Assembly: GCA_026770705.1 (NCBI GenBank)
Contig: JANJGN010000009.1
Coordinates: 163,556,001 to 163,620,000 of the forward strand
Reading direction: 5' to 3'
Length of the DNA stretch: 64,000 bases
Origin: Isurus oxyrinchus
Lineage: Eukaryota
How positions within the stretch are numbered: position 1 is the stretch's first letter; the number at the start of each line of letters is the position of its first letter. Both the position numbers and the translations under genes were made by a program. Positions 12,731 to 23,980 of this stretch are shown one piece after another. The notes beneath the pieces were generated by a model. The model saw only the letters and a list, made by a program, of their open reading frames with translations, searched no databases and had not been told where the DNA came from.

Positions 12731-13909
12731 TGTACACTGTGGGGGCCCTGCTGTGATGTCCTCTACTCCCACTCTGGCTGCAGTATGGACAGCGCTGTGA
12801 CCAACCAGGCCTGGGAGGCGGGGGCAGCGGTGGTATACCCACTGAATGTTATTAAGTTAACCCTCACTGTCAGATAATGTAAACAGTATGAAAAGTGTGG
12901 TTGAGAAACCCTTAGAAACTGTCCTTGCTGGATGGAAACAAATGCTGGAGAGATTGGAAATTTCTAAATGAAATGAGTGGATGCCTGATTGTTTTAGAGA
13001 ATGAAATGCAGGTACAACAAATTTTTTAGGGATCTGAGGAGAGGGCTATCTTGCAATATGATAAAGTAGAGAATATTGAGATTTTTAATTCAATTTGTTT
13101 CACACTTTTTGGTCACCATATTAACTGAAAATTTTATTTAAATGAGAGAAGGTCATCATCTAATCGTTTATTAATTGTGTTTAATTTTATGCAGTGGTGG
13201 CATTAATTGGTGATTCACTTGTGCACCTATAAACAGATGCAGACTGAAACTGCGGGTGGTGGATTTGATTAGATTCACACAGTAAACAGCACTTTAAAAC
13301 AGTTCCACAAGTCTTAACCTATCTAACCTCAGAGCTAATCTGTCTCTTTTCTGTTCAGCAACGAACACTGTAGATTTAAAAAGCTATAGAAGTCCAATAA
13401 TTTTACCACACAGTGCTTTCACATTGGGGTGTCCACTGACAGAAACTGGGTCTTCAGATCTGGGCCTTGTTCACACTGTCTCCTGGGAATTCTGACCAGC
13501 TACCCTGCTGTCTTCAGGGAGATCTGGCCAACCATCCTGCTGTGTTCTGGGAGATCTAAGCAGCTACCCCCTCACATAGGCTTCAGTATTCCCTTAAATG
13601 TGTTTCTTCTCTTTCATCTCTCTTTGTCGTACCCAGTCTGTTCAGAAATGCTTTTATCCCAGGATTGATTAAATCAATCTTCACTTTAATTCTTAGACTT
13701 GTAAAAACAAACTTACCCTATCTTTATGTCACTTCATGACACCTTTTTACAACCTGCATATATCCCCCTTTGAACTAAAACAAATTAATTCAAACTATTC
13801 CTGTTATTGCTTCATGTACAAAAATGTTGAAGTTCTCTTTTGTTCATTAACATATCAAAACCACTTCTTACTGTTGACTTTTGACCCTATCCACTGATGA
13901 GGCAGTCCA

Positions 13910-14190
13910 CGTCATGGAACCATAAACTTAAATCTGGAGATAGGATCGTCAGGGATGTCAGGAAGCACTTCTTCACGCAAAGTATAGCGGAAATCAGGAA
14001 CACTCTCCTCAAAAAAGCTCTTTCGCTCAATTGAAAATTTCAAAACTGATTGACAGATTTTATCTGGTAGCAATATTCGGGTTATGGGACCCCGGTAGGT
14101 AAATGGACAGAAGATACTGGTCAGTTGGGATTTAATTGAATTGTGGAACAGGCTGAAGGGGCTGCATGTCCGAATCCCTTTTCCATGTTC
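13910..14190 (+). mobile_element. CR1 3'-end fragment
   Basis: GATGTCAGGAAGCACTTCTTCACGCAAAG and downstream 3' UTR-like sequence; copy at ~48535-48815. Confidence 0.55.
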
Positions 14191-14833
14191 TGGAGCCCCA
14201 GTTAATTTTTCAGTGGTCTGGGCCTTGTGAGTAACAATGTGCTGTGAAACAAGCTCACAAACAGTTAGCATTTCAAAGAGACACTTTCCAATCACCAGGC
14301 AAACTGTGACCTGTGTTGTTTCAGAGTACAGTTTGTGACAGTGAAAGCAGTGAAGGCCTGCCAAACCTCATTAAAAATGTTGGTGAAAGTGTCACTTTTC
14401 TCTGGCTAATCCCTTGACCAAAGAGGGAATTTTAATTCCCCTCCCCCATCCTGCATCGTGTTGAAGCATGATGGGATTTGCTGGATCCAGAACCTTCTCC
14501 AGCACAGCTTGTGATCCAGGAGACACACGAAAGCTTCACCCCCACCCCCAGGCAAATGTTTTATACAATTTCTCCCTCCCCATGATTGGCCAATCCTGCC
14601 CCAAGCAGCAAAGTCACCCTGACTCCCTCCTCGCTGCTGTGCTCCGAGGACAAATTCCCACCAATTTCTCCCATGTCCAGTTCCCAAACCCAAATTTAAC
14701 ATCCACCCCATAGAGTGGTAGATGTGTTGGTGAGATTCCAACATGGCAGAGCCTGGCTGAGATGAAGTGCAAAGTTTGAAGAGTATTTGATTATTAAATG
14801 TTCAGTATCTGAATGTTTCTTTCTTTCCAACAG

Positions 14834-15163
14834 AACCCGTGTCTGTTCCTGTGCTTAGATTTTCATCACCAGCAAATGTCTCATGTTCTGGGAGTTCAGT
14901 GTCCGTCTCCTGTGAGTCTGTCCAGGGATCCCTTCCCATTCAATACACATGGTATGAAAAGACCCTGTCTGAAGATTCAAAGATCTCTGACACCAATAAA
15001 CTGGATCTACATTGTCAATCCTTCAAACAGCAACATCATCAATATTACTGCACAGCCTTGAATAATCAGGGAGAAAAATCCAGTGACACTGTCACTGTTA
15101 ACTTAACACTCATGAATGTAACAACGAAAAGCTGCAGTTATGTGATACAAATTGGAAACATTG
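14834..15163 (+). CDS. Gene A exon 3, C2-type Ig domain
   Basis: Acceptor TTTCCAACAG, donor G|GTAAGT; PVSVPVL...VSCESVQGSLPIQYTWY...YYCTALN; 330 nt, phase 1/1. Confidence 0.9.
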
Positions 15164-15489
15164 GTAAGTGTTACTTTCTACAAACAATGTGGCGAATGAA
15201 TGTTTTAAATTCATGTCTATCCAAACTGGTCACTGTTTCAGTTCCTTCAGTCAATCTGAGAAATTGCAACTGGCCAAATTCACTCTCTCTGGTTCCTCAA
15301 ACATTCTGAACAAGGTCACTAAGTTGCATTTTTCATGAAAAATGGACAGGATCAGAAAATATCCCCAAAACATGCAAAAATATTGCAGAATCTCCAACAA
15401 ACCCATCGAATCAAAATAGCATTTGATTGACAGAGCTTTCATAAAGCAATTTGTCTATTTCCAGCAGATGGAATTGTGAAATGCAACCT

Positions 15490-15960
15490 CCAACTGTTGT
15501 GTCCTAGTTTGGGAAGGATATCACTGATAGAATAGAGAAGAATTGAATTAAAATGAACCCTTGGATGAGAGGTTTTAGTCATGAGGAAAGTATCATCACA
15601 ACTGCGGTGAAAGACCAGCTGGAGGACGTGGAAATTGTTAGAAATTTGGATAAGGTAACTCTAACTATTTCCACTAGTCAGTGAGTCAGCAACAAGAGAG
15701 CATTAACTTTAAAATTATCACTAAAAGGACAAAGGGAGAAATTTGGAGAATTTTATTGATGCAAACTGTTTTTAGGACATGGAATGCCCAACTGAAATAA
15801 GTTTACAAACAAATTTAATAATAGATTTTAAAAGGGAAACAAATGTATGAGGGTGTGGGAAAAGGACAATGAAATGGAATTAAATGACGAGATCATTCAG
15901 AGAACCAGCATTGGAGCGATGGGCTGAATTCCCTCCCCTGTGTTGTAAAAATTCCATCAT
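15490..15960 (+). mobile_element. Old CR1 3' fragment
   Basis: Degenerate ORF2 end and GATGGGCTGAAT 3' motif; copy at ~51265-51735. Confidence 0.5.
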
Positions 15961-16479
15961 TCCAGACAAAATCTCAAATTATCCTGTATAAAAAATTTAT
16001 TCGCTCCCCATAAAACAATGACCCTGGTTCTGACATAAGGAGGACTTTAGCCTATTTGAATGTAACGGTTCAATTTTCTGCAGAGTGGGTGCAGCATGTT
16101 CACCGAGAAACACCAACATGGGCACAAAACAAAGAGAATCACATTTTCCCCTGAGCAGCAGGAGACAGGAATTTACATATGCAAATATAATGACTCTGGT
16201 CATGTGGTCTCTTGCCTCAGTTGTCAGGGAAGAAGGGTGGAATTTTACACCCCCATTGCGCCAGGGACTGGGCTGTAAAATGCAGCCAGCCATTCTAAAC
16301 TCCATGCACTCCAGCAGGACCATAAAATCCCACTGTCACATGGCTCTGAGCAAAGGCTATCAGCAGCAGGTAGAAATTACCCCTGTAAACTGTGTTTGTA
16401 CTGGAGTTGTCAGCAGGGACTCAGTTGCACTCTGACCTTTGATGCCAGTCTTTTGTAGTTACAAGTTCCCCTTAAGAAT

Positions 16480-16900
16480 TAAAATTCAGGCTGATACCAC
16501 TGTCCCGCACTGAGGTAGTGCTATACTGGTGGTGGTGCTGCTGTGTAGATGAGGTGTTAAACTGAGGATCCACATCCCCCTTAGGTAGATGTAAACATTT
16601 CCAGGGTATTATTCACAGAATAGGGAAGTTCTCCTGGTGTCCTTGAAGCCTTTATTCCTCAACCAATACACACAAATTGGGAGCAGGAGCAGGCCACTTG
16701 GTCTTTTGAGCCTGTTAATGTCACTACAAAACAGATCATCTAGTGAATGTTTTACTGATGTTTGTGGGGCTTTATTGTGTAGGAATGAACTTCCACGTTT
16801 CCCAACATTAAAACTTTGGCTTTACTTCAAAAAAGTACTTCATAGGCTCTGAAGCACTTTGGAATATCCCAAGTTGTGAAAGGTGATGAATCAGCACAAC
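16480..16900 (+). mobile_element. Deu-domain SINE fragment
   Basis: CACTGAGGTAGTGCT...AGATGAGGTGTTAAACTGAGG...AGGTAGATGTAAA resembles the Deu domain; copy at ~52260-52670. Confidence 0.55.
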
Positions 16901-17486
16901 TTGTTTCTTACTTTTTGAAACAAACCATTTATTAAAATACATCTGAACCAATTATCTGAGTGCAAACTGCAGGGGGGGGAGGGGGAGGGAGGAGCCAGTC
17001 CCAGCAGCAAGGTGGTCATTATAATTAAATGGTCAGAAAATCACTGGCAGGTTTGAGACATTCATGGTCAGTGGGTGAAGATTCTCATCTTTACTGCAAG
17101 CTCAGAAAACTGCCCCCAAAGTGCAGGAAGTGACCATTGCCAGTATTAGGATGTGACTGTTTAATGTGTTCACATGAAATTCATGTCAAGAATGTGTATC
17201 TCTGGATTGCAGTCCACCAACTTGAGCCCTTACCATGCCCACTTCTAACTCTGTCCCACCAACTCTCAGATATAGGAAAGAAAGTGGAATTACCAGTAAA
17301 GATAGATCACCATCAGGTATCAGCAACCTCTCCACTTGTGACCAGAGAGGGGTAAATTACACAGAAATCAATTCTACCAGCCAGGCTTTTCCTCAATTAA
17401 TGAGGTTCCATTTGACAATGATGCTCTCTCAGTTGACTACAAGTGAAAATGAGGTGAATCTGAATGTTATTCCCTTGTGTCAACAG

Positions 17487-17604
17487 GACCTGAGTATTGT
17501 TGTGAAGCTTGTACAAGAGTATCACCAACTACATATTTGACAAGTACAGATATAATTTCCACTACCAATCGAGCCACAACTTCAGATCCCGAAAATGCTG
17601 AAAG
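17487..17604 (+). CDS. Gene A exon 4, Ser/Thr-rich stalk (GPEYCCEACTRVSPTTYLTSTDIISTTNRATTSDPENAE)
   Basis: CAACAG acceptor, AG|GTACAA donor, phase 1 in and phase 2 out; same length (118 nt) and frame in copy B. Confidence 0.8.
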
Positions 17605-18415
17605 GTACAATGTTCTCATGGATTGGCATTGCTTCCATATGTGAGAGATACAATTGGCCAAAGGAGTGAAAGTTGTTCATTAATTGTAAAGTAGCTCATC
17701 AGAATGGAAATGGTGGCTGGGTTTATATCATGCTGTTGTGTTAGCTTCTTAATGAGGCTGCATTTTTCTGTTGGAAAATACAAGCAAGGAGTGAGCTTTT
17801 CCATTGTGTTGCCGCTCAGATGGTGTTTTTTGCCTTATTCACCTTGATTACTTCACCGCTAAGGTAACCTCACAGTGTGTGAGGAGTTGTACTTGTCAAA
17901 CTTACCTTGCTGCTGTCTACACTGACAGAGTGGTTGTATTTGGGCTGATGAAAAGGAAGAATTAGCGTGATATATCTGCACATCCCTTGGTTTCACTAAT
18001 GAGAGACATCTTGCAACTCTGGTCCCGTTTCCATATGATTAGCCTGAGCTGTCGACAATAAGTAGCAGAAATTGTAGTCCGATGTAAACACTCAGGAATC
18101 GGGTCTTTGAAGTTACAATGGTGATAAAGACAAAACGCCAACTAAATGTCAAACAGAAAGAGGGACAGTTGGAAATGGGCAGCAGGTATGTCCGCAGCTG
18201 TGGAGAAAATAAACACGTTCATGGTTTGGGTGCAGACACTTCTTCAGAATTCTAGTCCACACACGAAGCGAAGCAGGTCCACTCACCCCACAGATCCCAA
18301 CTGAGCTGCTGAATGTTTCCAGAATCTTCTGTTTTCCATTCATATTTCTAGCACATGCAGTGCACTTACTTTTATGCAGATTATTGTCAATGATTTAAAA
18401 AGTATTGAAAGTCTA

Positions 18416-18700
18416 GGGTCTGAATTTTCCGCTCGGCGGGGGTGGGGTTGGGGTAGAGCGGGAGCGAGCACGGGCAGCTGTGGACCCCATCGCCATCCAC
18501 CATCGGGTTTTTGATGCCATTTTGCGCGGGCGGCCAATTTAGGCCATCCCAGCGTATTTCCCGGCTCCCGAGGATAGCGGCAGTGGGCGAGAAGCGGGGG
18601 GTGTGCACAGACAACCGGGTCCAATGGTGACCCAGCGGCCTGTTTAAATGAAGGCCTGGCAGCCTGTTCCAGCTGCTCACAATGGCCAGTGCAAAGAATT
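18416..18700. mobile_element. Harbinger-TIR-type GC-rich element fragment at the duplication breakpoint
   Basis: Begins GGGTCTGAATTTTCC, like the ends at 23981, 55094 and 63596. Confidence 0.55.
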
Positions 18701-18948
18701 TTCACTTTCAATTCCGCTTAGCCTTACAGTTAGACATTATGGACATGCTAAAGAAATTTGCTTCGTTTGATTTTTATCTAATGATCATGAAGTTGATAAG
18801 TAGAACTTTAGTTGATTCTTTCAGCTAAAGTCCCTTGTCTACTTTATGTTGCTGCAAAAAATTACAGTGTAAAGCGGAGAGTCATGTTTCAAAAATGAAA
18901 CAGTCTCATTTCATTTAAATGGTTTGATATTTCTTCTCTTTTGCTCAG

Positions 18949-19039
18949 TTACATTATCTGGGATGTGATACGCTGGGTGCTCTTTACTCTCCTGGTGATT
19001 TGTGCTGTTTCAGGCACATGGTGTACGAGAAAATCTAAG
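18949..19039 (+). CDS. Gene A exon 5, transmembrane segment with Asp/Arg (SYIIWDVIRWVLFTLLVICAVSGTWCTRKSK)
   Basis: Polypyrimidine acceptor TTCTTCTCTTTTGCTCAG; phase 2 matches the stalk exon; hydrophobic run followed by RKSK; donor GTGAGA. Confidence 0.8.
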
Positions 19040-19092
19040 GTGAGAGTTATGGTCTGTATAAGAATCATTATGGGCAGTTTGCAATGTTATGA

Positions 19093-20009
19093 TGTGGCAG
19101 ATGATGTGTGTCAGGCAGACCAAATCCACGAGTGAAACTTGGTCGAGCTGTCACAACGGTTTTGCAATTTATATTTATTATGAGATGCATGCACTGAATT
19201 CAGACACCATAAGTCTACCAAACTTTTAGAGATTTAAAAAATATATCGTTAAATATATTTATTAGCAAAAGATAGATTTCAATTACATACATAAGTCTAC
19301 TAATTTCTTCTATAATAACTCGTAAAATTCCTAATTAGCCTCACTCCCAGTTACACCTCCTTTAAGGCAACTGTACAAAGAATAGATATTAGGTTTCAAG
19401 CAGATCCAGCAAATTGACACAATGATCTAGACAGTGGAATTCCAAATGGCTTTCACCAGCTTCAGTTTCGTTAGACAGCAGGCTTATGCACAAATGCTGG
19501 AGGCTTCATTAAGGCTACTTCAAACACATCTGTTAGGTCTCATATGGACTTCTCCTGACACATAGCCTCATTCTCCTTTATATATGTTTCCCTCTATTTA
19601 ACATGTAAACCCTATTGTTTCAGATACCTTTGAAACTGTGTCTTCCTCACAATGTAAAAACTTTCATGTCGATACTATATATTGTCAGTAACCTTTGAGA
19701 TAAAGAAACACATTCCTTCATCTTGCTTAGCTGCCTAATTGTAAAGAGACTAAAATACTTTTGAAATCCAAATCTCCCTTCATTTATCTAAAAAGGCAAA
19801 TTCCCTTTCCACTTTACTTGCTAAACCAGTATCCATGTTTACTCATTAGCATGTCAAATACCTAGCTTCTTTTGTTGAGTTATATCATGCCATCTACCTG
19901 ATTCCAAATGTAATTAAATCTCACACAGACAGACCCAAACACTTACCCCCATAAACCGACTCCACAATAAAGCAGAAAATATTATGAAAATTATTATACT
20001 TTCATGACA
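19093..20009. mobile_element. Probable solo LTR, related to 23257-27080
   Basis: TG...CA ends and colinear motifs (CTCCCAGTTACACCTCCTTTAAGGCA vs CTCCAAGTTATACCTCCGTTAAGGCA) shared with the element interrupted by the 23981 transposon. Confidence 0.4.
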
Positions 20010-20069
20010 GTAAATTCTCCATCAATTATTTCAAAAACATTGATCACAGATATTGTCAAGAAAAACTTG

Positions 20070-21020
20070 CATTGATGTTAAGGTCCACAGATTGAAACAA
20101 GGTGTTTTACAGATTCTATGGGCAGAATCATCTGAGATTTGCACAAAATGCCGTAGTGAGTGGGAAAAAGGACATCCCGGGTGTGAAAAAACAGCACAGA
20201 CCAAGACCCTGATTTCCCAGTTTTTACTGGTGTTCCATGTTAAAGTATATGAGCCCCACTCAGGCCCGTATTCTTATTTCCCATTTTTTACTGTTTTTCC
20301 CTTCTGGGATATTATCCGCCGGCTGCAATGGCAGATTTTCACACCTTATTATCCTAATCCTGGCACGTCCCACCTCATTAATTATGCGTTCACTGGAAAC
20401 ACACCAGGTCGCTGGTAGGAAGGCCACTGATGCGCCACCCCACCATCACCTCAGGCCTTCATTTATCCAGACGCCCTATTTAAAGGCCGTTCCTGCAGAG
20501 AGATAGCTCTCTCTAAGGCATCAAAAACTGATAGGAATTCATAGCTGCCAAAGGGAGGAAACATGTTGCATCCAAAATTTAGCACTGCCTCCCTCAGCCT
20601 ACTGGGCACTGTGAGAGCTGCCGTGAAGTCCTCTACCCCAATTCTAGGCAAAGACCAACAAGCATGGCAACAAATCTAGCATGGGAGATGGTGGCAGCAG
20701 TGGTCAGTGCCAATGCACTGCTAAAGAGGACGGCCACCCAGCGCTGAAAGAGGATGAATGGTCACCTTTTTTCTGCTAGGTTAAATCACTTTTCTCATCA
20801 CTTACAACTCAAAAACCCATCACACATTCACTGGGATCTCACTCAATACCAGTTCAAGGGACATCACCATTCTCCCTCTCACACACACCTTCCTCTGCCC
20901 TGCCGTTCCTGTCCTCATCCATGGCACCACTTACCACCCACACGTGCCGGGTGCCCTTCTCATGTGGCCTGGCAGGCACCCTGCTTACGCTCTCTCCATC
21001 TGTATTCCTGCAGAACAAGC
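20070..21020 (+). mobile_element. Harbinger-like 5' fragment with degenerate Myb/SANT exon
   Basis: GGGCAGAATC end; AWEMVAAVVSANALLKRTATQR*KRMN trihelix-like motif at ~20680-20780. Confidence 0.65.
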
Positions 21021-21099
21021 TGGATGATGTCAGGGATCTGACACTTACTGAGAATATAGGAGTCACAGACACTCCCTTGGAATCGCGCGCAGACCCGTG

Positions 21100-22290
21100 G
21101 AAGCTCTTGCTGTTTGTTTAAATATTTCTTGCCATTCCATCTCATAATCATCTTTCTCTCTCTTTATTCGTTTTTTGGTCATCCGCTGCTGGTTCCTAAA
21201 AAGTTCCTAATCCTCAAGCATACCATTAGTTTTCCCCCCTTTTTATACTTTAGTTGTTGATTGGATACTCTCCTTGACTGCCGTCGTTAACCATGGGTGG
21301 TTCACCCTTCTCATCGAGTCCTTCCTTTTGAGCGGGATAAATTTTTTCTGAGCGTTATGAAATATTTACTTAAATGTCTGCCACTGCTCACCCACTGACC
21401 TTCCTGTTAGTCTATTCTCCCAGCCAACTCTTCCTTCATAACTCTGTAATTGGCCTTATTTAGGTTGAGGACACTGGTTTTAGAGACGAGCTGCTCACCC
21501 TCAAACAGAATTTCAAATTCTACAATGTTGTGTGATCGCTATCCCCTAGAGGATCCCTAACTACATGATCTCTTATGAATCCTACCTCATTACGCATTGC
21601 TAGATGCAAAATAGCCTGTTCCCAAGTAGGTTATGCAACATATTGCTGAAAGAAACTATCCTTGGTACACTCTACAAATTTGTCTTCCAAGTTAGCCCTG
21701 CCTATCTGATTTCTCCAGTCAATATGCAGATTAAAATAATCCATGACAATTGTAGAACCCTTCTTACATGCCTACATTATTTCCCAATTTATGCTTTGTC
21801 CTACAGTGAGCAAACTCTTTGGAGGCCCATAGATGAGTCCAACGCATGGCTCGTTCCCCTTACTAATTGTTATTTCTACCCAAACTGATTCCACATCACG
21901 ATCTATGCCAGCTATATCACCACCGCACTGATACCTTCATTTATTAACAAAGCTACCCCACCTCCTTTTCCTTTTTGCCATTTTTTCCAGATTGCCGAAT
22001 ACCCTTGAATATTGAATTCCCAGTCTTGGTCACTCTGCAACCATGTCTCTGTCATGGCTATCAAGTCATATCCATATATTTCTATTCGTGCCGTCAACTC
22101 ATCTGCGTGCATTCAGATAACAAGCCTTAAGCTTGGATTGTTTACCATTATTGCCCATTCTGCTTCTCATTTTTGCTGCACTCTTCTGCTCCTTGTTCTG
22201 CCCCTTCTCATCATACTTTGATTACCATTCGGCTCTTCACTACCCAGCACCTCTGCTCTCTCATTTCCTTTAGATGTTTTAAACTTCCCT
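21100..22290 (-). mobile_element. CR1 ORF2 (endonuclease region) fragment
   Basis: DELTARIEIYGYDLIAMTETWLQ...KGGGVALLI on - strand. Confidence 0.85.
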
Positions 22291-22817
22291 TCAATTGTCC
22301 CTGTTACTATGATCCCATGTAACCCATCCATAATAGAAACATTCCATAGTTTAATCTAATCTTACAAAATAATCGATACAAGAAAAGGAAGCGAGGAAAT
22401 GGAGGCAGAAACTAACAGAGCACCAGGGATGATTGTTTGTCAACAAGAACACAAGGAGATGTAAAATTATACAGACTGCAACAGGAGACTGAGATACAGA
22501 TCCAAGAGAATTGTTACTGGAAGCAGCAATTGCACTGTATAAAATATATTTAATAAAGTAGCCACAGCAATCAATTTCTACCCATAACGCCAGTTGCAGG
22601 GGAACATTAGTTACCCATGAGAAAATGGTGTTACATCTCTTCAAGAGGGGCACAACTGATAACTTTTCCCAGCACACATGCAATGGGTGAGGAGTGTGAT
22701 GTTGCCACAGCTCCAGCTCATCACAAGCTTTGCCTCGATTTGTTGGCATAGCCAGAATTCTGTTCACATGTAAAATAATGCATCGTTCTCAGTCTCAATT
22801 AATCTGGTGATTTTCAG

Positions 22818-22859
22818 TTCCAGACACTCAACGGATCAGATCCTCAGAGCTTGACCTAA
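22818..22859 (+). CDS. Candidate gene A last coding exon, short tail FQTLNGSDPQSLT*
   Basis: TTTTCAG acceptor in apparently non-repetitive DNA, phase 0 fits exon 5, AATAAA at 22967; no independent support. Confidence 0.3.
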   Translation, partial: FQTLNGSDPQSLT

Positions 22860-23980
22860 GAGGGAAAATGAAGATTCCGGGGTTACATCTACATTGATGG
22901 AATTTTTCATCCTGACAAAATATTCATTATTCGTCGAGCTTTGAATTTCTTTTAATAATTCTACAGAATAAAAATCGATTTTCTCATCAAATAATTTTGA
23001 CCATTACATTAGTGGAGCAATCAAAAAGCAAAATGATGGCTGCAAACTTCAAATTGTATATCTACATCCTGACAATAATTTCTCTGTTTGCTGCCTTAGT
23101 GTCTACACAACTTTATTTCTTGTTTTAAGACTATCAAATTCTTTAAGAAATAAGCAACTTGAAAGGTTCATTTATTGGAAACCAATCGCTTCATATTATG
23201 ATGCAGCTGAGCTAAATGCTGAGCGGTTCAAATCCAGGAGGGAAACTTGAACCAACTGTCATAAGTAACTGTTGCAATTTGTATGATTGAAGATGCAGGC
23301 TTTGAATTCAATAGTAATAAGACGACTGAGTCTCAACAGGTTTTTATAAAACTAAATTAAACATTTATTAATACAAGAAAGATTGTGAGCACATGCATAT
23401 GTTGACAAAATTACTACTATAATGTCTACAAAAATCCCCTAATTAATCTGGCTCCAAGTTATACCTCCGTTAAGGCATCAGTAAAACACATGGATTTAAA
23501 CAGACCCTGGGCAAAGCTCACTCTGGACAGTCACATTCAAATTGAGTTTCTTTCAGCTCTGGCTCTTTGCAGACAGCGGCTTGAGGCTTACGGACTGGAG
23601 GCTTTAGTTCTTAGAATCGCTCTCCTTTTTACCAACAGCCTTCTAATCCTTTTTACATATTTTTCTCTTTGAATGCAATTTTCATTCTACCACTATTTCT
23701 TTTGAAATTTTAACTCGTCAAATAATAAGACACTTTCATACGACCCACTTTATTAGTAATCCTTGGGAAAAATAAACAAACACACAGTTTCTGAGCTTCA
23801 CCTGGTTAGGTGTAATATTTCACACCATCTCTGAACCCAAGGTAGGGGAGTTAGTTTAAAGAAAAAATGCAAATTGCCCCCATATTTACCTAATTAACAT
23901 TTCAAACCTACTCCTTTTCTATACATCAAAGCCTCTAGACAAGCTGGCTTTAATCCAATTAGGACACACACACACACAGA

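Larger units (their letters stand above)
1090..18412 (+). repeat. Segmental duplication copy A
   Basis: Colinear near-identity with 29290-54176 across intergenic DNA, the CR1, introns and exons 1-4; left boundary approximate (inside the VNTR). Confidence 0.9.

Noticed and set aside
17213-17351. Possible extra stalk exon (TTGCAG|TCC...GG|GTAAAT)
   Set aside because: A 17-nt indel between copies A and B changes the frame; exon 3 joins 17487 in phase without it
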